From contig JBAWWL010000004.1 of NCBI GenBank assembly GCA_037146775.1, positions 22,471 through 86,470 on the forward strand: a DNA stretch of 64,000 bases, read 5' to 3'. Under the pieces are notes generated by a model. The model was not told the origin of the DNA. It saw only the letters and a list, made by a program, of their open reading frames with translations, and did not search any database. Within the stretch, counting starts at the first letter, position 1. The number at the start of each line of letters is the position of its first letter. The translations under genes and the position numbers were made by a program. This DNA comes from Candidatus Omnitrophota bacterium. Its GTDB lineage: Bacteria; Omnitrophota; Gorgyraeia; Duberdicusellales; 4484-171. Shown here piece after piece: positions 19,679-27,243 of this stretch.

Positions 19679-20474
19679 ATAATATTGCTACTACTCTCGC
19701 CCAGGCAGCTCCGGTAGTTTTAATTTTTACCGGAAAACAAATTACTTTAAATCCGAAATCCGGCAATTGCTCCAAATGAGCTAAGCGTTCTATATGGATA
19801 AACTCTCTTTTACGGCCGTAGAAATGCGTAGGGTATAGCTTCTTGGGATCTTTTGTTTCTAAAAACTCTTTGAGCATAAATTTATAAGGCCGGTCTATAC
19901 CCATGGTATCTACTCCAAAGATCGTAATACCTTTATCTAAAAGATAATCTATCGCCGAAATATCTACTCCTGGATAATCGCTAAAATATTTTTGCCCGCC
20001 GTATAATTTATCCGCCCCGGTACGTAAAAGTACAATGTCTAAGGCTTTGAGCGAATAATTTATTTTCTTTAATGCTGCCTCGATGTCGGCAGCAATAATG
20101 ACTTCATTTGGTTTTTTATGCGAAACGTCAAGTTTTACACCGTTTTGATAACACCACTGGAGAGGAATTTCTTCGGCGGTCTTTGAGGCGCGGCCTTCGG
20201 ACTTTGAACCGTAATGAAATGAGTAATCCAAGTGTGTTCCGATGTGTACTGGCGAATGCACTATTTCCAAAGACAAGAACTCTTCGTCGGGCAAGTCTTC
20301 TTTTCTTACAATACGCTTACCTAATATATATTGGAGTTTACCTTTAAGGGTTTTACCCATCAATACGCGGTTGAATTTTTCAACGCCTGCCTGATGAGAC
20401 ACACGCTCAATCTCCACATGGTGGACTTCAAAGGCCTTATCGTCTATGGGAAGGCTTAGGTCGATTATTTGCAT
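19677..20474 (-). CDS. cyclase-family protein (kynurenine formamidase fold; second/third-ring polyketide cyclase-like)
   Basis: IIDLS, HIGTHLD...HY, GVD..G.D, HIERL, FPVKI..GAAW.RVVA. Confidence 0.85.
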   Translation of the reverse strand: MQIIDLSLPIDDKAFEVHHVEIERVSHQAGVEKFNRVLMGKTLKGKLQYILGKRIVRKEDLPDEEFLSLEIVHSPVHIGTHLDYSFHYGSKSEGRASKTAEEIPLQWCYQNGVKLDVSHKKPNEVIIAADIEAALKKINYSLKALDIVLLRTGADKLYGGQKYFSDYPGVDISAIDYLLDKGITIFGVDTMGIDRPYKFMLKEFLETKDPKKLYPTHFYGRKREFIHIERLAHLEQLPDFGFKVICFPVKIKTTGAAWARVVAIL

Positions 20475-20485
20475 ATTTTGTTTCT

Positions 20486-20550
20486 GAAGTCAGAAGACAG
20501 ACGTCAGAAGTCAGATTTTTCTGTCCTCTGTTTTCTGTCATCTGTCATCT
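20486..20550. repeat. intergenic inverted 7-bp array, family A
   Basis: agaagac agacgtc agaagtc ... ttctgtc ctctgtt ttctgtc atctgtc. Confidence 0.85.
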
Positions 20551-20557
20551 AATTTTA

Positions 20558-20788
20558 TCACTTCTTCTTTTCAATTAGTTGTGCAATTTCAAGTGGTGTT
20601 GAAAATTTAGAGATCTCATTAGCCGCGAGTTTAACGCCAAAACGCTTGCCCAACGAAACACAAAGCTCAACCATTTCGGTTGAATCCACTCCTATAGAAT
20701 CGTATAATTTTTCACTTTCGCCAATTTCATCCACTTTCACATCCAAGATATCTGCGATTGCGTTTACGACATCCTCTTTTGAAGCCAT
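20558..20788 (-). CDS. acyl carrier protein
   Basis: 76 aa, acidic, GVDSTEMVEL phosphopantetheine Ser motif; GGAGG RBS. Confidence 0.9.
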   Translation of the reverse strand: MASKEDVVNAIADILDVKVDEIGESEKLYDSIGVDSTEMVELCVSLGKRFGVKLAANEISKFSTPLEIAQLIEKKK

Positions 20789-20821
20789 ATTCCCTCCTTT
20801 GATATAAGTAATTTTAATTTT

Positions 20822-21826
20822 TTATTTCAAACTATGTTTCTTGAAAAATTCCCAAATCTGCTCGAATGATATATCGCAAGAAACAGGTCCAACCATATTC
20901 GCTGGTAAATACTGCGCTCCACTGGGATACGCGTGCCCCATTCCTTCTACCATACATAACACAACTTCTGAACCTTGTGCGCAATCGTTATAGATCACGC
21001 ACCTCGCTGCGCCGTTTTCGTATCCGGCGACCTGTTTATCTGAACATTGGTTTATCTTTTTCCATACATCCACCACTTGATAAGGAGTCATCCTTTGATA
21101 GGGCATAGCAAAACCTGTACCACTATCTTTAGCAAAAATACTTCTTGGTTCGCTACCGTCGGGAGGATTGGCTGGATCAGCCGTACCGTGGATATTCATT
21201 ACCGGCATTGACCGGGACGGTTGGCATTCTGATTTTACTGCAGCGGGAGTCACAGTAGCAATAGCTGCTATTTTTTCTGAAAGTTCGCAGCCAAGCCGAT
21301 TAGTCATCAAACCACCGTTCGAAATACCGGTAGCATAAATCCTTCTGGCATCAACTTTAAATTTCGCTTTCAATTCGTCTATCATTTTGGAAATAAAGCC
21401 TACGTCGTCGGCGGAACCGCAACATTCGCCGGTTGCCCATTTCCCACCATTCCAAACTCCTCTTAAATGCCCAAATGTTAACTCGCCGGTTCCTTCCGGA
21501 ACCGCCAAGATAAAACCAAATTTATCTGCTGCTTTATCTACACCATCCATATAGACTGCTCGCATATCGCCAGAGCCTCCATGGATATAGATAACAACTG
21601 CAAAAATCGTTTTTCCGTCATAGGCTGGCGGGAGATGAACCTTATATTTTCTAATTATTCCGTCATGCGCTAAAGAAAATTCCGGATCGTCAGCACCGTA
21701 AGACTTTTCTTTCTTTTCTTGTGGGCGTTTCTTTATTTTTTCCTTCAAAATATTTTGAGCGGAAACGCTGGAAGAAAATACAAATAAAATACTCAATATC
21801 GCAATTATAGCTTTGTGCTTTTCCAT
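20822..21826 (-). CDS. secreted alpha/beta-hydrolase (LpqC/PHB depolymerase/feruloyl esterase-like)
   Basis: Signal peptide MEKHKAIIAILSILFVFSSSVSA, HGG, GISNGG nucleophile, HGTADP, GMGH; start overlaps the CLF stop (TAATG). Confidence 0.85.
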   Translation of the reverse strand: MEKHKAIIAILSILFVFSSSVSAQNILKEKIKKRPQEKKEKSYGADDPEFSLAHDGIIRKYKVHLPPAYDGKTIFAVVIYIHGGSGDMRAVYMDGVDKAADKFGFILAVPEGTGELTFGHLRGVWNGGKWATGECCGSADDVGFISKMIDELKAKFKVDARRIYATGISNGGLMTNRLGCELSEKIAAIATVTPAAVKSECQPSRSMPVMNIHGTADPANPPDGSEPRSIFAKDSGTGFAMPYQRMTPYQVVDVWKKINQCSDKQVAGYENGAARCVIYNDCAQGSEVVLCMVEGMGHAYPSGAQYLPANMVGPVSCDISFEQIWEFFKKHSLK

Positions 21827-23058
21827 TACTTCTCTACTGCCAACACCACATTTATCCCGCCGCGGCCGCGCGCCAACAACAATGCTTTTTTTATCTTCTT
21901 TTCGCGGGCAACGTTCGGCGTATAGTCGAGATCGCAATAAGGGTCTGCCATTTCATAATTGACGGTAGGAAGAACTAAATTATTGTTCATGGAAAGCAGA
22001 GTTATGATCAAATCTAGGGCTGTTTGTGCACCCAAGAGATTTCCGTACATACTTTTCGGCGCACTGAGACTAATGTGTTCTAATTCTTTACCGAATACAT
22101 GTTTTAAGGCTTGCGTCTCCAGATAATCGCCCATCACGGTCGCCTCAGCATCAAGACAAATATAATCTATTTCTTTCTTGGTCCAACCCGCATCCCGAAG
22201 GCATTCCTCTATCGCATATTCGAGCATATCCGGGGTTGGGCTATAGCGCTGGTAATGATACCCGTCTGAAGAAAATCCAACACCCCTCAAAAATCCGTAA
22301 ATATGCGCGCCTCGGGACTTGGCGTGTTCTTCTTTTTCTAAATTGACTATGCCTGAGCCTTCGCCCAAAACAAAACCATCACGGTATAAATCATAGGGTT
22401 TATACGCTTTTTTCGGATTAAGGTTGTTCTTAGACAATTGTCCGCAGGAATTTGAACTTAAAAGCGCGTAAGGCGTGATGGGCGCTTCCATTCCTCCGGC
22501 TAAAATATAATCATTTTTTCCTTCACTAATATTTTTCGCGCCATACCACAGGGCAAGCGCCGAAGAAGCTTTATCGCATACAACCGTTTTGCTGTAACCC
22601 TTAAAACCGTAATAAATAGTGATCTGACCTTGCGGAGCTGCAGGAAACCATGCGCTGGCCATATAGGGTGAGACCCCTTCTCTACCTTCAATATACATAT
22701 CGCGCAGTTCTGTTTCCGCAAAAAGCCAACCCCCTATCGCATTACCCATAAAAACACCGACACGTTTTTTATCTACTTTATCCAAATCTACTTTTGCATC
22801 CTGCAACGCTTGCTCGCTGGCAACAAGTGCCATATGTGAAAACACGTCTATTTTTTTCACCAAGCGGCTGGGCAGATGCGAATAATGGTCAAGTTCGTGA
22901 ACTTGGCCGGCAATACGTGAAGGATACAAAGAAGCATCAAAACGCGTAATCTCGTCTATAAAGGATTTGCATTTTTTTAGGTTCGCCCAAAAAGTTTCTT
23001 TTTTTAAACCCGCGGGAGAAACAACGCCGATGCCGGTTATAGCAACTCTTTCTTTCAT
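21826..23058 (-). CDS. type II PKS chain-length factor (KS-beta)
   Basis: KS fold without the catalytic Cys/His (VVCDKAS, LDAEAT, KSMYGN); SPY..SAWF.AAPQGQI CLF-like signature; overlaps the KS stop. Confidence 0.88.
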   Translation of the reverse strand: MKERVAITGIGVVSPAGLKKETFWANLKKCKSFIDEITRFDASLYPSRIAGQVHELDHYSHLPSRLVKKIDVFSHMALVASEQALQDAKVDLDKVDKKRVGVFMGNAIGGWLFAETELRDMYIEGREGVSPYMASAWFPAAPQGQITIYYGFKGYSKTVVCDKASSALALWYGAKNISEGKNDYILAGGMEAPITPYALLSSNSCGQLSKNNLNPKKAYKPYDLYRDGFVLGEGSGIVNLEKEEHAKSRGAHIYGFLRGVGFSSDGYHYQRYSPTPDMLEYAIEECLRDAGWTKKEIDYICLDAEATVMGDYLETQALKHVFGKELEHISLSAPKSMYGNLLGAQTALDLIITLLSMNNNLVLPTVNYEMADPYCDLDYTPNVAREKKIKKALLLARGRGGINVVLAVEK

Positions 23059-24308
23059 CATACTCTCCATTTTTTGAATATAATAGACGAATGTATTCCG
23101 GAAAATCCACTGCTGGTTTTCAAAATATAATTAGGCATATATTGCCTTTTTACATTGGGAATATAATCTAAGTCACATTTCGGGTCAGGTTCTTCCTGGT
23201 TTATCGTGGGAGGTAAATAGCCTTTTTCGAAAATCATCGCGCATAAAACACTTTCTACTGCGTTCGCCGCAGCCAAGGGGTGTCCGATCATCGACTTCAC
23301 TGAACTGATAGGCAATTTATATGCGTAATCGCCGAATACTGCCTTATAGGCGTTAGTCTCAAAAACGTCGTTTTGACGGGTAGATGACCCGTGAGTGTTG
23401 ATATAATCTATATCTTCATTTTTTATTCCTGCGTCTTTAATTGCGTCTTTAATGCAGCGCTCCATTGCTTCGCCATCTTCCGGCAGATCGGTCATATGAA
23501 AGGCATTGCAACTGGTACCGTAACCGACTAATTCTCCATAAATATGCACACCTCTTTTTTTGGCGTGTTCAAGTTCTTCCAAAACTAAAACCCCGGCGCC
23601 TTCGGAAATTACAAAACCATTTCTCTTGTTATCAAAGGGACGGCTGGCTTTGTGTGGTTCGTCGTTGTTCTTAGCCAAAACATTAACTACGTCAAACGCG
23701 CCAAAGGTAATCGGACACACCGGCGCCTCCGTGCCTCCGGCGATAATCATGTCTTGCCGGCCTTCTCGGATAAGTTCGAAAGAAAATCCGAGCGAATCCG
23801 TTGCGGCGGTACAGCCGGTAGAAACTGTACAATTGAGTCCCTGTGTATGATAGAGAGCTCCTATTTCGGCACTCGGCGTATTAAACATGGCTGCATCATA
23901 AAGATATGGCCGGCCCTTACGCGGATCGATAGGTTTTTTACCCCAATCGGTTACCAACAAGAATTCCTCTTCCATGAAGCGCGTACCGCAGATAGCGTTA
24001 GCCAAAACGACTCCGCATCTTTTCCTGTCTATCTTGTTAAAATCAATATGGCTGTCCTCAACTGCCTGCTTGGCCGCGGCAATACCAAACTGTACATATC
24101 TATCCATGCGTATATGGTCTTTTATTCCGAATTTTAACGGGTCAAAACCTAAATCTTGTGAGGCTATTTTTGAGACAAATAAGCTTACGTCAAAATTTTC
24201 AACCCTTTCAACAAAAGGTTTACCCGCAATAAGGTTGTCGTAAAAAGTATTCTTATCTTCTCCTGCCGCGCTGATTACCCCGATTCCTGTTATAACTACA
24301 CGTTTCAT
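23058..24308 (-). CDS. type II PKS ketosynthase (KS-alpha)
   Basis: VSTGCT (Cys), INTHGSSTRQND (His), SSVKSMIGH (His), SGFSG; the STGCT/QND/KSMIGH pattern is typical of aromatic PKS KS-alpha. Confidence 0.92.
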   Translation of the reverse strand: MKRVVITGIGVISAAGEDKNTFYDNLIAGKPFVERVENFDVSLFVSKIASQDLGFDPLKFGIKDHIRMDRYVQFGIAAAKQAVEDSHIDFNKIDRKRCGVVLANAICGTRFMEEEFLLVTDWGKKPIDPRKGRPYLYDAAMFNTPSAEIGALYHTQGLNCTVSTGCTAATDSLGFSFELIREGRQDMIIAGGTEAPVCPITFGAFDVVNVLAKNNDEPHKASRPFDNKRNGFVISEGAGVLVLEELEHAKKRGVHIYGELVGYGTSCNAFHMTDLPEDGEAMERCIKDAIKDAGIKNEDIDYINTHGSSTRQNDVFETNAYKAVFGDYAYKLPISSVKSMIGHPLAAANAVESVLCAMIFEKGYLPPTINQEEPDPKCDLDYIPNVKRQYMPNYILKTSSGFSGIHSSIIFKKWRV

Positions 24309-24324
24309 TTTTTACCTCTTATTA

Positions 24325-24414
24325 TCAGAAGTCAGACGTCAGAGGACAGAGAACAGAAGATAAATTTTTCTGTCGTCCACCATCTGTCACCTATCGTCTG
24401 TCCTCTGTTTTCTG
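24325..24414. repeat. inverted 7-bp array, family A; right arm runs into the 3' end of the upstream CDS
   Basis: agaagtc agacgtc agaggac agagaac agaagat ... ttctgtc ... atctgtc ... gtctgtc ctctgtt ttctg. Confidence 0.85.
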
Positions 24415-26012
24415 CTCACCTTAAACACTATATTTCCTCCGTCAGGACAAGTCACTGTATTAATACCGTCCGGATCATCCATAAAGAAAAACTTTGCGCC
24501 GAAGTTAAGAGCAAATAACGCAGGAAAAGCGCAATGATATGCCGCACCACAGAAACCTTCCGAACATTTCAGCCCCTTAACTTCAAATTTATCTCCCAGC
24601 TTATACTGATACGCACATTTTCCTTTTGCTTGCACTACTTCTAAAACCATATCTTTAGGGTTGGGCCCTTTATGATTCGGGTCTTTTTCTATTGTTTCTA
24701 TATTTCCTTCTTTGTCAAATATTTCCGCTTTAAACTCTAATTTTCCTCCATCAGGACAAGTCACTAAAAGCGATCGTTGATTATCTCTAAAAGGAAATTT
24801 TGCGCCAAAACTTAAAGCATAAATAACAGGAAATAATGCGTGCGCCAGCCCCAGACAAAAATGCTTGGGGGGATGAGTGAAATCTTCCAAGATAATTTCA
24901 TCACCAATCTTGTAGCCGTGGTAACAATCTCCTTCTACTTTATTGACGGTAAGTTTCAAGCGTGGAAAGGGCGTATTAACTCTTTCTTCGCCCGCCAAAG
25001 TGGCTGCCTGAGGAATCAAATTCTTGGTTTTTGCAACAAGCTCGTCTATGGTTAGAAACTTTTTATCTTTCTCTACTTTATGCACAAGTTCAGCAAGTTT
25101 TTTATTGAGCGGGGTGTGGTAAGAGCATTCTTTTCCTAATTCCATAAAAGCTCCATTTAAATAATCAATTTCTGAAGGCCGGTCCCGCTTGATACTTTGC
25201 AATATTGAGCCATAAAGCGGCTCCTTGCTTAAACCGACCATGATGCCAGAAAATATTTTAGCTGCGTCTTTTATCGGCAAAGACGTTAATTTTACTATTT
25301 GTTCAATGCGAAAATCGGGTAAATCAAACAGCTTTATTCCCGCTTTTCTTACGACACCAAGGCCCTCCTGCCATATGCCGATACTTATTTCGCATAAATC
25401 CAAATTAGCGAAACACTCCTGCATACTTTTTCCGGTAATGGCGGGAATGCAGTTGTTGGCGTTAGCAAAAACTTTCAGCCACTTCATTCCCATAATATTA
25501 TCGCTCACTTCAACGGGAAAAATTTTGCTTAGTATATTCTTTACCTCTGCAACGCTGCTGTCGTTTTTAGCGTAAGGCTTGCCTATTACCCATTTTCTGT
25601 CGAAGTTATGCACCACCTTCCCCGGCTCTAAATAGGTTGAGCCAAACATCACAATGCTAGAAATAATATTTTCTCGAGCGGTATACCTGGAAACAATTTC
25701 ATCAGCTTTTACGCCATTTTGGGTGGTTACAATAGGCGTATTTTCTAAATATTTTCGGTTTTGTTCCAAAGCATTTTCTATATCCTGGGTTTTGGTTGCC
25801 AAAATAATAAGGTCTACCTGAGTATTAAGTTTTTCAAAAACATCGATTTTGATTTTGAAATTTCCCCTCACACCGGAGATTTGCAGACCATTTTTAACTA
25901 TAGCGCTGACAGAGTCTTTATGCCCAACCAAAAAGATATCTTGGTTGGCTTCCTTTAGATACCCAGCAACCAAACCTCCAATAGCCCCCGAACCTATAAC
26001 CGCTATTTTCAT
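24387..26012 (-). CDS. ketopantoate reductase (PanE/ApbA)-like dehydrogenase fused to two TIGR04076-like Cys domains
   Basis: GSGAIG, QNG, KWLK, SILQ...RPSEIDYLNG; then two copies of G.C...YK.GD...FC..A....FP...AL.FGAKF...TCPDGG; alternative start at 26027. Confidence 0.82.
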   Translation of the reverse strand: MKIAVIGSGAIGGLVAGYLKEANQDIFLVGHKDSVSAIVKNGLQISGVRGNFKIKIDVFEKLNTQVDLIILATKTQDIENALEQNRKYLENTPIVTTQNGVKADEIVSRYTARENIISSIVMFGSTYLEPGKVVHNFDRKWVIGKPYAKNDSSVAEVKNILSKIFPVEVSDNIMGMKWLKVFANANNCIPAITGKSMQECFANLDLCEISIGIWQEGLGVVRKAGIKLFDLPDFRIEQIVKLTSLPIKDAAKIFSGIMVGLSKEPLYGSILQSIKRDRPSEIDYLNGAFMELGKECSYHTPLNKKLAELVHKVEKDKKFLTIDELVAKTKNLIPQAATLAGEERVNTPFPRLKLTVNKVEGDCYHGYKIGDEIILEDFTHPPKHFCLGLAHALFPVIYALSFGAKFPFRDNQRSLLVTCPDGGKLEFKAEIFDKEGNIETIEKDPNHKGPNPKDMVLEVVQAKGKCAYQYKLGDKFEVKGLKCSEGFCGAAYHCAFPALFALNFGAKFFFMDDPDGINTVTCPDGGNIVFKVSRKQRTDDR

Positions 26013-26027
26013 ACTCGCTCCGCTCAT

Positions 26028-26108
26028 ATTGATTACACTGATTGAGAAAAGATTACAGTGATTTTAATTGCTATTGCTGTAATCACTCTCCTAATCTGTG
26101 TAATCAAT
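26028..26108. repeat. intergenic GATTAC/GTAATC inverted repeat, family B
   Basis: 15/16 IR attgattacactgatt / aatctgtgtaatcaat; shares cctaatctgtgtaatca (17 bp) with 19135-19151. Confidence 0.8.
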
Positions 26109-26109
26109 T

Positions 26110-26373
26110 TTATGTTTGTATGTATTTTTCGTATTCAATACCAAGCTTAGTAAATAATCTTTTCATCATATCCTTGAATGCCGGAGGAATTTCCTTGAAA
26201 AATGCTTCCACCAGCTCTTTCTCTTCTACGCTTGTCAGATTTTTACTTTTGGCAATTTCTTCCGCCGACTCCTTAACCAATCTTTCGGCAATAGTACGGT
26301 GAAATTGCGGCAAATTGCTGATTACTTTATCGAATATTTCTTTTGCCTTTGGACTCCATTGCATATCAGACAT
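26110..26373 (-). CDS. small PCP_red-like (BchB/ChlB C-terminal-like) domain protein
   Basis: W...A......P.F.R..A......E..A......V pattern; 87 aa; AGGAG RBS. Confidence 0.55.
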   Translation of the reverse strand: MSDMQWSPKAKEIFDKVISNLPQFHRTIAERLVKESAEEIAKSKNLTSVEEKELVEAFFKEIPPAFKDMMKRLFTKLGIEYEKYIQT

Positions 26374-26436
26374 ATTTTAACTCCTTAATTCGCAGAAATC
26401 TAACCGATATATAGGATAGGCGCGAGGGATAATGGC

Positions 26437-26466
26437 AGAAGCGGATTGCCGCGGATATCCGCTTCT
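26437..26466. other. GC-rich hairpin directly after the phosphorylase stop (possible RNA processing/stability element)
   Basis: agaagcggat-10 nt-atccgcttct, perfect 10-bp IR, no U-tract. Confidence 0.45.
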
Positions 26467-27190
26467 AAATTATTTCAAATACCGCCCTGGTCATCTTTTC
26501 TTCCGCATCGAATAGCCGAAAATCAGCGAAACCCATTTCACCGGTAAGCAAGTTATCCGAAGCTACCAATACCGCGGCTACTTTCCTTTTGTAGACATTA
26601 GCAATAGTCACGAACGGACTGGTCACCATGTCGACACAAATAGCGCCTTTTTCTATGTAAGGATTTACGATCTCTTTGGTTTCCCTAAACATCGCGTCCG
26701 TTGTCCAACAGCCGCCCTGATACACCGTTCCTTCTTTCTTGAAGATTGCCGCTAATTTACCGGTTAATTCTTTATCTACCTGAGAAACAAACTTTTCATC
26801 CACATAGTAACGCGTAGCGCCGTCGCCCCTGATAACTTTATCGACTACAACAAAATCTCCCACAGTCATTTCCTGCAACATCCCTCCGCAAGAACCCAAA
26901 CGAATAAGCGTCTGTATTCCTCCTACGCATAATATTTCTGTAACGAACGCTGAATCGGGGGCATAGAAGCCGCCGTTACCTACGGTGACTTTTTTTCCTT
27001 TGTACGTTCCGGTCCAAAAGGTATATCCTAAAAATGTAAAATTTTTTACGGGGTTTCCCAGATATTGAAGGCAACGCTGAGCTCGCTGCATTTGACCGCT
27101 GATAATACCGATTTCGCCAAAGTCTCCCGGCCTAAACTGTAAAGACTCTAGTAACCCCTTCGCATGCAGATGAACATCTCTTTGCATCAT
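26465..27190 (-). CDS. nucleoside phosphorylase family protein (PNP_UDP_1), divergent
   Basis: TGTYKGKKVTV, IRLGSCGG, IRGDG, TTDAMFRET, VDM, SD. Confidence 0.85.
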   Translation of the reverse strand: MMQRDVHLHAKGLLESLQFRPGDFGEIGIISGQMQRAQRCLQYLGNPVKNFTFLGYTFWTGTYKGKKVTVGNGGFYAPDSAFVTEILCVGGIQTLIRLGSCGGMLQEMTVGDFVVVDKVIRGDGATRYYVDEKFVSQVDKELTGKLAAIFKKEGTVYQGGCWTTDAMFRETKEIVNPYIEKGAICVDMVTSPFVTIANVYKRKVAAVLVASDNLLTGEMGFADFRLFDAEEKMTRAVFEII

Positions 27191-27243
27191 AAGCGCAACT
27201 CCTTTGTAAATAGAAATAAATCCTCGTTAATATACTCGCGGTT

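Noticed and set aside
20558-24308. Fatty-acid (FabF), aryl-polyene or ladderane cluster
   Set aside because: The second KS is a full-length CLF without catalytic residues, two aromatic cyclase types are present, and there is no FabZ/FabA dehydratase or aryl-polyene accessory gene
15019-24414. Repeat arrays as CRISPR
   Set aside because: Units are 7-9 bp, degenerate and inverted, with no unique spacers and no cas genes
15144-26373. Bacteriochlorophyll genes (BchE-like plus PCP_red-like)
   Set aside because: No chelatase, BchLNB or reaction-centre genes; both domains occur widely outside photosynthesis
8759-27190. Fluorinase/chlorinase halometabolite pathway
   Set aside because: The downstream enzyme logic is similar, but no FlA/SalL (DUF62) homologue is in the window
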